41,341 bases of DNA from Planctomycetota bacterium (GTDB taxonomy: Bacteria > Planctomycetota > Planctomycetia > JALXBF01). Under the pieces are notes generated by a model. It was not told where the DNA came from. It worked only from the letters and a program-made list of their open reading frames with translations, and did not search any database. This document shows positions 19,203 through 29,509 of this stretch, in pieces. Positions within the stretch are counted from its first letter, which is position 1. Every line of letters begins with the position of its first letter. The translations under genes were made by a program, and so were the position numbers. Location of the stretch: the NCBI GenBank assembly GCA_026991575.1, contig JALXBF010000155.1, forward strand, positions 1-41,341, given 5' to 3'.

Positions 19203-21029
19203 GTGGCCCTTGATGATCTGGTCGTCGGAATCGGCGGTGCTGCAGGCGATGGTATTGCCTCGGCCGGGGATACGCTTGCCCTGGCGCTTGCTCGGCAAGG
19301 TCTGCGTATCTATGCGTACAACAGCTATCAGTCCGTAGTCCGTGGCGGCCGCATCTGGCTGCGCATGCGGATTGCGAACAGGCAGCCGCTAAGCCCGGGC
19401 AACGTGCTGAACGCCCTGGTCGCACTGAACCAAGAAGCTTTGGACCTGCACCTCCAGGAGATCCAGCCTGGAGGTGCCGCTTTGTTCAACACGCACCGTG
19501 TGCGGAGGGCTCCAGAGAAAGGCCCAGACGGCGTGCAGCTCTGCCCGATCCCGGTCCCCGATCTGGCCCCGGTCTACAAGGATCTGCCCGTGATCCAGAA
19601 CACCGTGCTCATCGGCGCCCTGTACGCCATAATGGGGCTGCCGTTCGATGGTGTGGAGTCAGTGCTGGAGAGCACGTTCGCTCGCAAGGGCCAGAAAGTC
19701 ATCGACATGAACGTCGGTGCAGCCAGGGCTGGGTATGACTACGCCGCTGAGCACTTCCAGAAGATGGAACTGGCTCTGAAGCCGCAACCGACGCAGAAGC
19801 GCTACGCGGTGATGACGGGCAACGAAGCATTCGGACTTGGCGCCGTTGCTGCCGGCGTGCGCATGTACGTTGCCTACCCGATGACCCCCGCCAGCGGCAT
19901 CCTGCATTGGATGGCCGCGCACGGCCCGGCCGTGGGGATCAGCGTCCGTCAGCCCGAGGATGAGATTGCGGTAATGAACATGGCGATCGGCGCCAATCAC
20001 GCCGGCATCCGCTGCATGTGCGGCACCTCTGGCGGCGGCTTCGCGCTGATGACCGAGGCAATGGGCATGGCCGGCATGATCGAGACGCCGGTCGTGTGCA
20101 TCGAAGTGCAGCGTGGCGGCCCGTCCACCGGCCTGCCTACCAAGACCGAACAAGGTGACCTGTTCCAGGTTTTCGGAGCTGGCCAGGGTGACTATCCGCG
20201 ACTGATCGTCGCGCCCACCAACGTCTACGACTGCTTCGAAACGGTGAAAGAGGTTTTCAACCTGGCCGAGAAGTACCAACTGCCTGCGGTGATCCTCTCG
20301 GACCTGTTACTGTCGGAGCATCATGAGACGGTCGAGCCAGACCGCTTCGACTTCGAGAACCCACCGATCGATCGTGGGGAGCTGATCACGGAAGCCAACG
20401 GCGGCGATGGCGAGGCGTACTTGAGATACAAGATCACCGAAACCGGCGTCTCGCCACGTGCTATCCCAGGTGTGCCGGGCCACCTGTATGTGGCACCAAC
20501 GGACGAACACGATGAAGACGGAGTGCTGATCAGCGATATCTACACCGATCCGGTTCGGCGCAAGCGCATGATGGAAAAGAGGATGAGGAAGATGGTGTAT
20601 CTCAAGAACGAGCTACCGCCGCCGCGGCTGGAAGGCCCAGCCGATGCTGAGGTGACACTGGTCGGGTGGGGCTCGACCTGGGGCGTGATCAGGGAGGCTG
20701 TCGAGGCGCTTGCTGCCGAGGGCATCAAAGTCAATCACCTGCAGATCAAGTACATCGTACCGTTCCACGGTGAAGAAGTGGCCCAGATTCTGTCGAAGGC
20801 CAAGAAAATCATCATGGTAGAGCAGAACTTCGGTGGCCAACTGGCCCGGCACCTGCGGTCGGAAACGGGCATCAAGGCGGACGGCCACATTCGCAAGTAC
20901 GATGGGGAGCCGTTCGAGCCAAAGCACATTGTGGCCGGGGTGAAGCGGATCCTGGCCGGCGAGGAAGAGCTGGTCACCTGCGTGTCCGATGAACCTGGCT
21001 GGCGCTACGATCATCCGTCGTTTGTGTAG
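19203..21029 (+). CDS. korA: 2-oxoacid:ferredoxin oxidoreductase alpha subunit (gamma-alpha fused type)
   Basis: GGAAGDG, YPMTPAS, EDEIA, TSGGGFALM, QRGGPSTGLPT, WGST; GAGGT before GTG 19203. Confidence 0.93.
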   Translation: MALDDLVVGIGGAAGDGIASAGDTLALALARQGLRIYAYNSYQSVVRGGRIWLRMRIANRQPLSPGNVLNALVALNQEALDLHLQEIQPGGAALFNTHRVRRAPEKGPDGVQLCPIPVPDLAPVYKDLPVIQNTVLIGALYAIMGLPFDGVESVLESTFARKGQKVIDMNVGAARAGYDYAAEHFQKMELALKPQPTQKRYAVMTGNEAFGLGAVAAGVRMYVAYPMTPASGILHWMAAHGPAVGISVRQPEDEIAVMNMAIGANHAGIRCMCGTSGGGFALMTEAMGMAGMIETPVVCIEVQRGGPSTGLPTKTEQGDLFQVFGAGQGDYPRLIVAPTNVYDCFETVKEVFNLAEKYQLPAVILSDLLLSEHHETVEPDRFDFENPPIDRGELITEANGGDGEAYLRYKITETGVSPRAIPGVPGHLYVAPTDEHDEDGVLISDIYTDPVRRKRMMEKRMRKMVYLKNELPPPRLEGPADAEVTLVGWGSTWGVIREAVEALAAEGIKVNHLQIKYIVPFHGEEVAQILSKAKKIIMVEQNFGGQLARHLRSETGIKADGHIRKYDGEPFEPKHIVAGVKRILAGEEELVTCVSDEPGWRYDHPSFV

Positions 21030-21104
21030 TCAGCGCAGCGGCGAACCAGCTTCGCAGCGTGCGAGGACGAGGCTCTGCCAGGCAACAGATTACCGGAGTC
21101 AATC

Positions 21105-21998
21105 ATGGCAACTGCGACTGTCGAGCTGAAGCCGAAGGACTACAAGTCGAATATACCGCCCGATTGGTGTCCGGGCTGTGGCGATTTCGGCGTGCTCAAC
21201 GCACTGCAGCGGGCCTGCTCGGAACTGAAGATTGCCCCTCATGAGATCGTCGTCGTCTCCGGAATCGGCTGTTCGTCAAACTTGCCCGGGTTCTTCAGGG
21301 CCTATGGGGTGCATGGCCTGCATGGACGGCCGATCCCGGTGGCCACAGGGATCAAGTTGGCGAACAAGGACCTGACGGTGATCGCGACCGGAGGGGACGG
21401 CGACGGCTACGGTATCGGCCTCTCGCACATGATCCATGCGATTCGTCGCAACGTGAACATCACCTACATCGTGATGAACAACCAGATCTACGGGCTAACG
21501 ACCGGCCAGGTGTCGCCGACCAGTCTGCTGAACATGAAGACGAAGAGCACTCCCAAGGGGAACATCGAGCTGCCGATCAACCCGCTGATGCTCGCCCTGG
21601 CCGCCGGGTGTGACTATGTGGCACGGGGCTTCAGCGGTGACATCAAGCACCTGACGGAACTCTATAAGGGAGCACTCCAGCATCGTGGCTTTGCGCTGGT
21701 GGACGTGTTCAGCCCGTGCGTTACGTTCAACCGGTACAACACGTACGACTGGTTCCGTCAACGGATCAAGAAGCTCGAGGACAAGGGACACGATCCGACC
21801 GATTTCGTAGCGGCCATGGAGGAAGCAAAGAAGGTAGGCGATGAGGAAGTGACCATCGGGCTGTTCTACAGGAATCCCAACCCGCGGCCACCCCTGGAGG
21901 ACCTGGACGAGGTCATCGCCAGCGGGCCGCCGCTGGTCAAGCGCCCCCTCGGCATCACGAACGCCGAGGCGCGTCCGCTGCTGGAAGAGCTCATGTAA
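21105..21998 (+). CDS. korB: 2-oxoacid:ferredoxin oxidoreductase beta subunit
   Basis: WCPGCGD, SGIGCSS, LHGR, GGDGD ThDP motif, NNQIYGLTTGQ, SPCVTFN. Confidence 0.95.
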   Translation: MATATVELKPKDYKSNIPPDWCPGCGDFGVLNALQRACSELKIAPHEIVVVSGIGCSSNLPGFFRAYGVHGLHGRPIPVATGIKLANKDLTVIATGGDGDGYGIGLSHMIHAIRRNVNITYIVMNNQIYGLTTGQVSPTSLLNMKTKSTPKGNIELPINPLMLALAAGCDYVARGFSGDIKHLTELYKGALQHRGFALVDVFSPCVTFNRYNTYDWFRQRIKKLEDKGHDPTDFVAAMEEAKKVGDEEVTIGLFYRNPNPRPPLEDLDEVIASGPPLVKRPLGITNAEARPLLEELM

Positions 21999-22035
21999 GC
22001 CCACTCCCACCGATATTCTTGACGAACAGCCATTG

Positions 22036-22082
22036 CGCCGCAGGAGTGGCTTGGTCGGTGAGCCGTTCCTGCGGCGTTTTTT
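22036..22082 (+). terminator. Rho-independent terminator of korAB
   Basis: CGCCGCAGGAGTGGCT...AGCCGTTCCTGCGGCG stem followed by TTTTTT. Confidence 0.8.
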
Positions 22083-22217
22083 CTCGTCCCGGCTGACGGC
22101 AGCCTGGCTTGCTCCTCGGCAACAGCACGCCGTGGCACATGCGTGGACCGGCGGTCTGGGCGGGGCCAAAGCGGGGGCCGACCAGCTCTGTCCGGGGGCA
22201 CAGCGCAACAGCAGGCA

Positions 22218-23861
22218 CTATCGCGACGGCAACCGCTCCGTGGTTCGGATTCGGTCGCAGAACCTCTCGTAGAACGTGACCAGGTATTCGAGCGGGTAGA
22301 CGCAGAACGGGTACTCCCGGTACTCCAGAATGCGACGCGCCTTGGCATCGTGTTCCAGGGCGGCCAACTGCAGCCGCGCTGCTTCGATTTCGGCCGCCAG
22401 GAACTCCGCCAGACGGCTGTTGATCGCACGGAACTCGAGGAACCGTTCGCGGCGTTCCTTCTTGGTGCGTGGTTGCCAGCGGATCAGTTCTTCCTTGCGG
22501 CGAATCAGTTCCGCGACGCTCGGGTACCGGCGCACGTTGCTGGGCAGTACCTTCTGCGGATTGAACAACAGCAGACGGAGTCGCTGTTTGACGGCGGCGA
22601 TGTCCTCGGCCCTGACCGCGGGTCGTTCGACGGGCAGGTACACGGTTGCGGTCAGCGTGGCGAACTCCGGAACAGGCAGCTCATAGAAGCGGCAGATCAA
22701 TTCGTCGGTGATCTGATCGTAGATCGCGCCACCGAGTCCGTGGACGAACAGATCGCCCAGGAACAACCGCGCGAAAAGGGTCGTGGTGAGGGCACGCGTG
22801 CGGATCTTCGTCTTTGTTCCTCGTAGCACTGGCATCAGTCGTTCGACAGCGCGGCAGGCGTCGCGTTCCGGTCCCAGGGGCAAATCCAACACCCATCCCT
22901 GACGGTCGGTCAGCGTTGTGCGGTCGCGGCGAACGCAAGCGTACAGCGGCATGCGCCGCCTACCGGGCACGTGCCAGACCCAGAATGGCAGCTCATACCA
23001 GTCGCCGTCGCGCGTAAGGTCAGGAACTGGTCGGCTTCGATTCCTGATTCCGTACAGCTCGCGATAGCGTCGCAGCGCGTCGTTGTGGGTTTGGTGAAAG
23101 CGGTCAATGTTGGCGATCAGGTGGGCGGCGAACCAGGCGAACGGCTCCGTAGAACACATCTTGCTGACGGGCAGTTCCAGGTTGCGAAGCCCGCACAGCG
23201 CCTCGATCGCGCGCCGCGCCCCGCTAACCCTGTCGCTCAGGCGGCGTGACCTTTCGCTTAACTTGGTGGCGTACTCCCATAGGTGCTCGACCAGCGGATC
23301 CAGGCCCAGCGTGCGCGCAGCCGTGGCGACGCGCGACCCGAAGACCCGGAACGTGTCCAGGTCCAGCACGACATGTTCCTCATACGGGACGTCCGCTTCC
23401 CAACGGTCCAGCTGCACCAGTGCCTGGCGAGGCGATCGCGGTGGCCCAACCGGAACACGCACGGATAGGCTCTTGATCCGGTCATTGTCAACCACAAGGT
23501 TCACTGAGATGCCGTCCACAACCCGAGCCAGGCGTTCGGCAGCGAAGTTCTTGATCCAGACGCCCGGGTGAAAGAGTTCGGGCTGATGCCCGGTCAGAAC
23601 GACCGGTCCGGACAGAGACTCTGGCAACGTTATGTTCGTATCGCATACCTCCAGCAACCATCCCGTGTAACGGCGCGCCAGAGCCAGGGCATCCTCTTGT
23701 GCTTGGCGGCGCAGTGACCGAAACGACCTGCCCTGGACCGAAAAGTTCGCATCTGCCAGGCGCAGGCGGTTCGCCGCCAGCATCTGGGCCCATGTCTCCG
23801 GCGGAGGATCCGCCACGACGGTTCGATCGGTCTGTGGTGCGTACAGCCGCTTGCGAGTCAC
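22218..23861 (-). CDS. Hypothetical protein, distant BshC-like (putative amino-acid ligase)
   Basis: VVLTGHQPELFHPGVWIK...LVVDND and LFVHGLGGAIY motifs in BshC-like order; C-terminal coiled coil; GTGA overlap with the upstream GT2. Confidence 0.6.
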   Translation of the reverse strand: MTRKRLYAPQTDRTVVADPPPETWAQMLAANRLRLADANFSVQGRSFRSLRRQAQEDALALARRYTGWLLEVCDTNITLPESLSGPVVLTGHQPELFHPGVWIKNFAAERLARVVDGISVNLVVDNDRIKSLSVRVPVGPPRSPRQALVQLDRWEADVPYEEHVVLDLDTFRVFGSRVATAARTLGLDPLVEHLWEYATKLSERSRRLSDRVSGARRAIEALCGLRNLELPVSKMCSTEPFAWFAAHLIANIDRFHQTHNDALRRYRELYGIRNRSRPVPDLTRDGDWYELPFWVWHVPGRRRMPLYACVRRDRTTLTDRQGWVLDLPLGPERDACRAVERLMPVLRGTKTKIRTRALTTTLFARLFLGDLFVHGLGGAIYDQITDELICRFYELPVPEFATLTATVYLPVERPAVRAEDIAAVKQRLRLLLFNPQKVLPSNVRRYPSVAELIRRKEELIRWQPRTKKERRERFLEFRAINSRLAEFLAAEIEAARLQLAALEHDAKARRILEYREYPFCVYPLEYLVTFYERFCDRIRTTERLPSR

Positions 23862-24598
23862 TCGGCCAGCACCTCACTCACGCTCGGCACCTGGAGCTTC
23901 TCCGGACACCAGCGACGCAGCGCGGCGGTGAGAACATCCAGGTAGTACCTCAAGCGGGTATTCGGGTCATCCAGCGCCCCGCCAAATGCCCGCTCTTCGT
24001 CCAAGTAGATTACCGGAACGGACACCTCTGTAATTCTCCAGCCGTACCGTGCCGCTTGAACCCATACCTCCAACGGCATTGCGTAACCTGTATCGGTTAT
24101 TTCGATTCTCTCTAGAACCTCGCGCCGGTACGCCTTGAACCCACAGAACGCATCGGTGATACCCAGGCCGAGCAGTTCGTTTAGCAGACGCGTGATCCTC
24201 TGGTTGATCCGTCGGCGCTCCGCCGGGATACGCGCATCGGGGGGCGGCGGCACCAGGTAGCGCGAACCTGAGACGATATCTGCCTCCGGAAGCTGCCTGA
24301 CGAGTCGTGGAATCAGGCAGGGCTGGTGCTGGCGATCGCAGTCCATCGTCACCAGCGCGTCGTAGCCGTGCTCGACGGCGTAGCGGAACGCATCGCGCAA
24401 TGCCGCACCGTAGCCTTCGTTCCGCTCGTGCCGCAGCACTCGAACCTGAGGAAACGAGCGAACTAACTCCGGGGTCCGGTCGGTGGAACCGTCGTCAACG
24501 ACCAGCACGTCCGGCACCACGTGCAACGTCTCTTGCAACACGCCCGCCAGGTACTTCTCCTCGTTGTGGACGGGGATTGCGGTCAGCAGTCGTAGCAT
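23858..24598 (-). CDS. Glycosyltransferase family 2 (DPM-synthase-like)
   Basis: IPVHNEE, VVDDGSTD, NEGYGAAL, MDCD DxD, GSRY, TDAFCGFKAY. Confidence 0.93.
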   Translation of the reverse strand: MLRLLTAIPVHNEEKYLAGVLQETLHVVPDVLVVDDGSTDRTPELVRSFPQVRVLRHERNEGYGAALRDAFRYAVEHGYDALVTMDCDRQHQPCLIPRLVRQLPEADIVSGSRYLVPPPPDARIPAERRRINQRITRLLNELLGLGITDAFCGFKAYRREVLERIEITDTGYAMPLEVWVQAARYGWRITEVSVPVIYLDEERAFGGALDDPNTRLRYYLDVLTAALRRWCPEKLQVPSVSEVLAE

Positions 24599-24831
24599 CC
24601 GTTAGCCCTCAAGCCCACGCCAGGCATGCCGTCCCCTCATTCTAGCGAGAGCCCGCCCCATCGGCCCGCCGCTCGTCGGCGAAGCAGCATCGGCCGAACA
24701 GTTGGCGGCTACGCGCCCCGGCCGGCAGGGTACCGGCCAGCCCGCCACTCGCGCACCCGGCAGTGCGCGCGGCAGCGCCCGGACAGTAGAATGCGGGCGG
24801 GTACGCGGCAGTCGGCTCCGGGAACCGTCCG

Positions 24832-26088
24832 ATGAACCGCCAACCCTGGCGTGTGCCGGAAAAGTGGTGGGAGCCCAGGCTGAAGCCCTGGCGCTGGTGG
24901 CTGTTGAAACCGCTCCGCCGACTGTACGCTCGGCTCGTCGAACAGATCGATCACTTTGAAGTGCAGCGAGCTGAGCTGGTTCGGGAGCTGTTGGACAACG
25001 ACTGTGGCGTGCTGATCACGCCCAACCATTGCGGCCACGCCGACTCATCGGCCATCTGCGCCGCAGCAGAAGAGATCGGCCGTCCGGTGTATTTCATGAC
25101 CGCATGGCAGGTCTTCGCCATGGCCGGCCGGCTGGAACAGCTGATCTACCAGTGGCATGGTTGCTTCAGTGTGGATCGCGAAGGGATTGATCGCCAGGCA
25201 TTTCGTCAAGCCGGCGAACTGCTGGCTCATTCCCCGTTTCCGCTGGTGATTTTTCCTGAAGGAGAAGTGTACCACCTCAACGATCGCGTATGCCCCTTCT
25301 ATGACGGTCCGGCCGCGATTGCGACGTCCGCTGCGCGCAAGGGACGGCCGGTTTACTGCGTGCCGTGTGGCATTCGGTACGTGTACGTCGGTGATCCCCT
25401 CCCGGAGCTGGAAGAGGTGATGAGTCGTCTGGAGGAACGGATCGGTTGGCGGCCGACACCCGAACGGCCGCTACTGGAACGGCTGTATCGGTTTGCCGGT
25501 GCGGCGCTTGCACTGAAGGAGATCGAGTACATGGGGCGACCTCAGGAGGGGTCGTTGGCGGATCGGGTGCAGCAGTTGGCAGAGTTCGTGCTACGGGGAT
25601 TGGAGCGTGAGCATGGTGTGGAGCCCAACAGCGCTCCGATCCCTGCCCGGGTCAAGGCGCTGCGTCGGATCATCATTCGGCAGCTTGGCCACGTCGAACC
25701 GGCTCGGACACCAGCCGCAAAGCTGCATCGGCAGCTGGACGATCTGCATTTTGTGGTTCAGTTGTACAGCTATCCGGGGGATTACTTGCAGGAGCGGCCA
25801 ACCCTGGAAAGACTGGCTGAAACGATCGACAAGTTCGAGGAGGATGCGCTCGGGGTAGTCTCCGCAACGCCGCGCGGGCGGCGAGCCGTGGTTGTGCGTT
25901 TTGGCGAGCCGATTCGGGTTGAGGGAGAACGCAGCCGGAGACGGGAAACGACCGCACAGCTGACTCGCCTTCTGGAACGGCGCGTCCAGCAGCTGCTCGA
26001 CGAACTGGCCGACCTCCAAACCCCTCTGCCCCCAACCGCCATCGGCACCGCCCCTACCGGCAGCTCCCCGCAGCGCCCGTCACGCTAG
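24832..26088 (+). CDS. 1-acyl-sn-glycerol-3-phosphate acyltransferase family protein
   Basis: NHCGHAD (HX4D), SVDR, IFPEG motifs. Confidence 0.9.
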   Translation: MNRQPWRVPEKWWEPRLKPWRWWLLKPLRRLYARLVEQIDHFEVQRAELVRELLDNDCGVLITPNHCGHADSSAICAAAEEIGRPVYFMTAWQVFAMAGRLEQLIYQWHGCFSVDREGIDRQAFRQAGELLAHSPFPLVIFPEGEVYHLNDRVCPFYDGPAAIATSAARKGRPVYCVPCGIRYVYVGDPLPELEEVMSRLEERIGWRPTPERPLLERLYRFAGAALALKEIEYMGRPQEGSLADRVQQLAEFVLRGLEREHGVEPNSAPIPARVKALRRIIIRQLGHVEPARTPAAKLHRQLDDLHFVVQLYSYPGDYLQERPTLERLAETIDKFEEDALGVVSATPRGRRAVVVRFGEPIRVEGERSRRRETTAQLTRLLERRVQQLLDELADLQTPLPPTAIGTAPTGSSPQRPSR

Positions 26089-26314
26089 CCCCCATGCGAT
26101 ATCAAGGTCTTCTTCGCATCTATGCGAGCACAAACAGCTGGAGCACACGCGACGATGGTGCATCGCCGACCATGTGGCGGCTCTGTCACGTTCTGGGCCT
26201 TCCTTTGCCTGCTCTCATGGTCCCGGTCGTGATACGGCGCCAACGAGTTCGCCCCGCGCCGGCCGACGCCGCACGTGCCTGAGTTGAGTACCGGTTAGAA
26301 TGAGGCGGACGCTG

Positions 26315-27604
26315 ATGGGGGTTACCGCGCATGTGGCTGCCATGAGAAGAGCCGTCACGGCTACGGTCAGGTTTCTCTGCGGTTTGGTCTGCTTCGGCTG
26401 GCTGGCTGTGGGCGTGGTGGTGCCCGCGTCAGCCGGAGAAGATGCTCCGGCCAGCCCCGGGGTGCCGTACGCGCTGTCGGCCGAGGCGCTGGAGGCCTTG
26501 GTGGGCAAGACCGCCACTGTGCGGCTGCGGAGCGGTCGGTCCTACGACGGCGTCGAACTAGTCAAACTCAGACAGGGCCGCAGAGCGGGCACGTTGGCAG
26601 CTGTGGTCATCCGCCAGCCAAAGCGTAAGCGGCCGCGCACGATCCGGGCCGGTGCGGTTGCCGCCATCGAAGTCGACGGTGCTGTCTACGCCGTGGCTCC
26701 GGGCCCCCGTGGCCGCGGCTACGTGCTCATCGATGTAGCAGCACAGCGGCAGGCCCTGGCGCAGAAGCTGAAGCACAAAGGCGGGCAGCTCTGGCGTGTG
26801 CTCTCGCCCGCCGAACAGGCTCAAGCCGTGCGCGAACACAAGGATTACATCCAACGCGTCCTGGCCCTGTTCCCGGATCGTCGCTTCCAGGTGGTCGAGA
26901 CCAACTACTTCCTGTTCGTCTCCGACATCGATCCCAGGCTGATCCGCGGCTATGTCCGGGACCTGGACGCCATGTACGTCATGCTGACCGGCATGTTCCA
27001 GCTGCCCAAAGGCGTGAACATCTTCCGTGGCAAGGCCGTCGTGTTCTGCTTCAGCAGCCTCGAAGCCCGTGCCCGCTTTGAACACCGTTTCCTCAACGGC
27101 GATCCGCGCGGGACTGCCGGCAAGTGTTACCAGGTCAGCAACGGCGACGTGATCATTTCGGCCCACCTCGGCAGCGACCTGGACTTCTTCGGCCATGTGC
27201 TCGTTCACGAGACGGCTCACGGAGTCATCCACCGGTACCTCTCCTCCGTTCGGGTCCCCTCCTGGCTCAACGAGGGGATCGCAGACTGGGTTGCCATGAA
27301 GATCGTTCCGCGCTGCAAGGAAACGCAGCGCCGCCAGAAAGCCGCAGCGCAGCGGCTGCGGCGCACCGGCACACTGGAGGGCATGTTCTTTGCCGACGCA
27401 ATCGAGGCCTGGCAGTACGGCGCTGCGTCTGCCATCGTCCAGCTGCTTATCGAACTGGACAACCGTCGGTTCGGAGCGTTCTTCGAAGCGATCAAGCGGG
27501 GCACCGACTGGGTCGACGCGCTACAGACGACCTATGGGATGACGGTCACGGATCTATGTGCCTTGTACGCGAAGCGATTGGGCATCCCACTTTTGCGTCC
27601 GTGA
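26315..27604 (+). CDS. Secreted gluzincin-type metallopeptidase-like protein
   Basis: Signal-like N-terminus; VLVHETAH (HExxH) plus WLNEGIAD third ligand; start uncertain (26300/26315/26342). Confidence 0.7.
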   Translation: MGVTAHVAAMRRAVTATVRFLCGLVCFGWLAVGVVVPASAGEDAPASPGVPYALSAEALEALVGKTATVRLRSGRSYDGVELVKLRQGRRAGTLAAVVIRQPKRKRPRTIRAGAVAAIEVDGAVYAVAPGPRGRGYVLIDVAAQRQALAQKLKHKGGQLWRVLSPAEQAQAVREHKDYIQRVLALFPDRRFQVVETNYFLFVSDIDPRLIRGYVRDLDAMYVMLTGMFQLPKGVNIFRGKAVVFCFSSLEARARFEHRFLNGDPRGTAGKCYQVSNGDVIISAHLGSDLDFFGHVLVHETAHGVIHRYLSSVRVPSWLNEGIADWVAMKIVPRCKETQRRQKAAAQRLRRTGTLEGMFFADAIEAWQYGAASAIVQLLIELDNRRFGAFFEAIKRGTDWVDALQTTYGMTVTDLCALYAKRLGIPLLRP

Positions 27605-27832
27605 CGGGCTCCCGCACCCCCTTCGCCCCAACGTCTCTGTCACTCAGGCATTGGCTCCCGCGCACAACTGGATACCTTTTCGAACATCGCGCGACGGTCC
27701 GTCCCGTCGGCCGTCGGACGGTGGGCCGGCTACCTGTGCGAGCGCATGTCGTGGACCTTCTGCGACGACAGGGTGCCTTGTCCGTATCCGCTGATTGCCA
27801 CTGGCCACACACCGGGCAGGGGCGTGAGCGAT

Positions 27833-29509
27833 TCAATCCTGCGGACCACCCGGCACAATCGGAACGTGCAGCACGGTCGGTCGATCGGCCGCCAGCGCGG
27901 CACGCAATTGGGGAATAAGCTCTTCGCGTCGTTCCACCCGCAGCCCGGCACAACCGAAGCCCTCCGCCACCCGATCGAGCCGCGTGGGTCCAAGCGTGCT
28001 GTACAGCGGCTCGCCATAGCGGCTCACCTGTGAGCTGGCCGTGATCCCCCACCGCCGGTCGTCGGCCACCACGGCCGCGAACGGCAGCCCCTGCCGGGCG
28101 GCGCATTCCAGCTCCGCCACCGTAAACGTGAACGACCCGTCGCCCGACAGCAGCAGCACCGGGCGATCGGGAAACACCAGTCGAGCCGCAAGCGCTCCAG
28201 GCAATCCCCAGCCCACGACACCGCTGCGGCCGCAGCTAATCCAGTGGCCCGGGCAGCGGTCCGGCATCAGATGATGAAACCACTGGCCAATGTTGCCCCC
28301 GTCAACCAGAATAACCGTCTCGTCCGTGGCCACCTCGTGGATTGCCTGCACGACATCACATCCGGTTATGCCATGGCGTCCCAAGCGGTGGGCCGTGGCC
28401 AGACAGCGCCGGCGGTGTTCCTCTCGACGCCGACGCGCCTCACCGAGCCAGTCACCGCTGCAGCGGTAACGGCGCTCGCGGCATGCTTCGAGCAACTGGC
28501 CGAGGACGGTGGCCGGCGAGCCGACAATCTCCAGGTCCGCTGGCACGCCGGTCCGGACGCTATGCGGATCCGCATGGATCCGCACGATACGGGCCTGCGG
28601 ACTGACGTTGGGCGGCTGGAGCTGACCAATGCGGTAGTCGAAGTCAACACCGGCCAGAATGATCAAGTCGGCATCAGGCAGGAGCCGCGGACCACCGGTC
28701 AGCGCACCGATAACGCCAAGGAATGCGTCGTGAGGTTCTGGCACGCAGCCGCGATCCCAGATGGGCATGACCGTCGGAACCTGAGTCTCGTCCAGGAACG
28801 CCTTCAGCACCCCCTCACCGCGCGCGTAGTACAGTCCGGAGCCGACCACGAGCAACGGGCGCTGTGCTTGCTGGAGCCAGGATGCCGCTCGTTCAACGAG
28901 GCCTTCCTCTGCAGCCCCGGTAAGCTCAACGGCACCAGAAAGCGGCCCACGTAGGACCAGCTCTTGCTCTGGAACCGAAGCCCCTGCCACGTCGAGCGGC
29001 AGGGCCAGGTGAACCGGCCCCGGGCGCCCCGTGGTCGCGGCCGCGAACGCTTCGTGAACGATCTGAGCAGCCCTGCGCGGGATGTCGATCCAGCGCGCGT
29101 ACTTCGTAATGGGCGCCGTGACGGGAACCGGGTCAAAGTCCTGGAAGTCGCCCCATCCCAGGGACGCCAACGGGGTGGTCCCCGTAATCAACAGCATGGG
29201 TGCCCCGTCGAACCACGCGTTGAGCACCCCGCTGAGCGCGTTGACATGAGCCACTGCGCCGCTGACGGCACAGACGCCGACGCGGCGGCTGAGCCGACCG
29301 GCAACCTCGGCCATGTAACTTGCCGCCTGTTCGTTGCGAACATCCACAACGCGAATGCTGCTCCGGCGGAACGCGAGATAGAGCGGATCAAGACCGTGAC
29401 CGTTCAGCGTCGCGACAAACGGGACCTGCCTGGCTTCCAACTGCCGGACAACCGCCTCGGCGACATTCATGGCCGGACTCCGCGAACCTGCCGACCGGCG
29501 ACGTATCAC
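27833..29509 (-). CDS. Thiamine pyrophosphate-dependent enzyme (acetolactate synthase / 2-hydroxyacyl-CoA lyase family)
   Basis: VRNEQAA catalytic Glu, GRPGPVHL, VDGGN, GDGS ThDP motif; start GTG 29509 or ATG 29470. Confidence 0.9.
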   Translation of the reverse strand: MIRRRSAGSRSPAMNVAEAVVRQLEARQVPFVATLNGHGLDPLYLAFRRSSIRVVDVRNEQAASYMAEVAGRLSRRVGVCAVSGAVAHVNALSGVLNAWFDGAPMLLITGTTPLASLGWGDFQDFDPVPVTAPITKYARWIDIPRRAAQIVHEAFAAATTGRPGPVHLALPLDVAGASVPEQELVLRGPLSGAVELTGAAEEGLVERAASWLQQAQRPLLVVGSGLYYARGEGVLKAFLDETQVPTVMPIWDRGCVPEPHDAFLGVIGALTGGPRLLPDADLIILAGVDFDYRIGQLQPPNVSPQARIVRIHADPHSVRTGVPADLEIVGSPATVLGQLLEACRERRYRCSGDWLGEARRRREEHRRRCLATAHRLGRHGITGCDVVQAIHEVATDETVILVDGGNIGQWFHHLMPDRCPGHWISCGRSGVVGWGLPGALAARLVFPDRPVLLLSGDGSFTFTVAELECAARQGLPFAAVVADDRRWGITASSQVSRYGEPLYSTLGPTRLDRVAEGFGCAGLRVERREELIPQLRAALAADRPTVLHVPIVPGGPQD

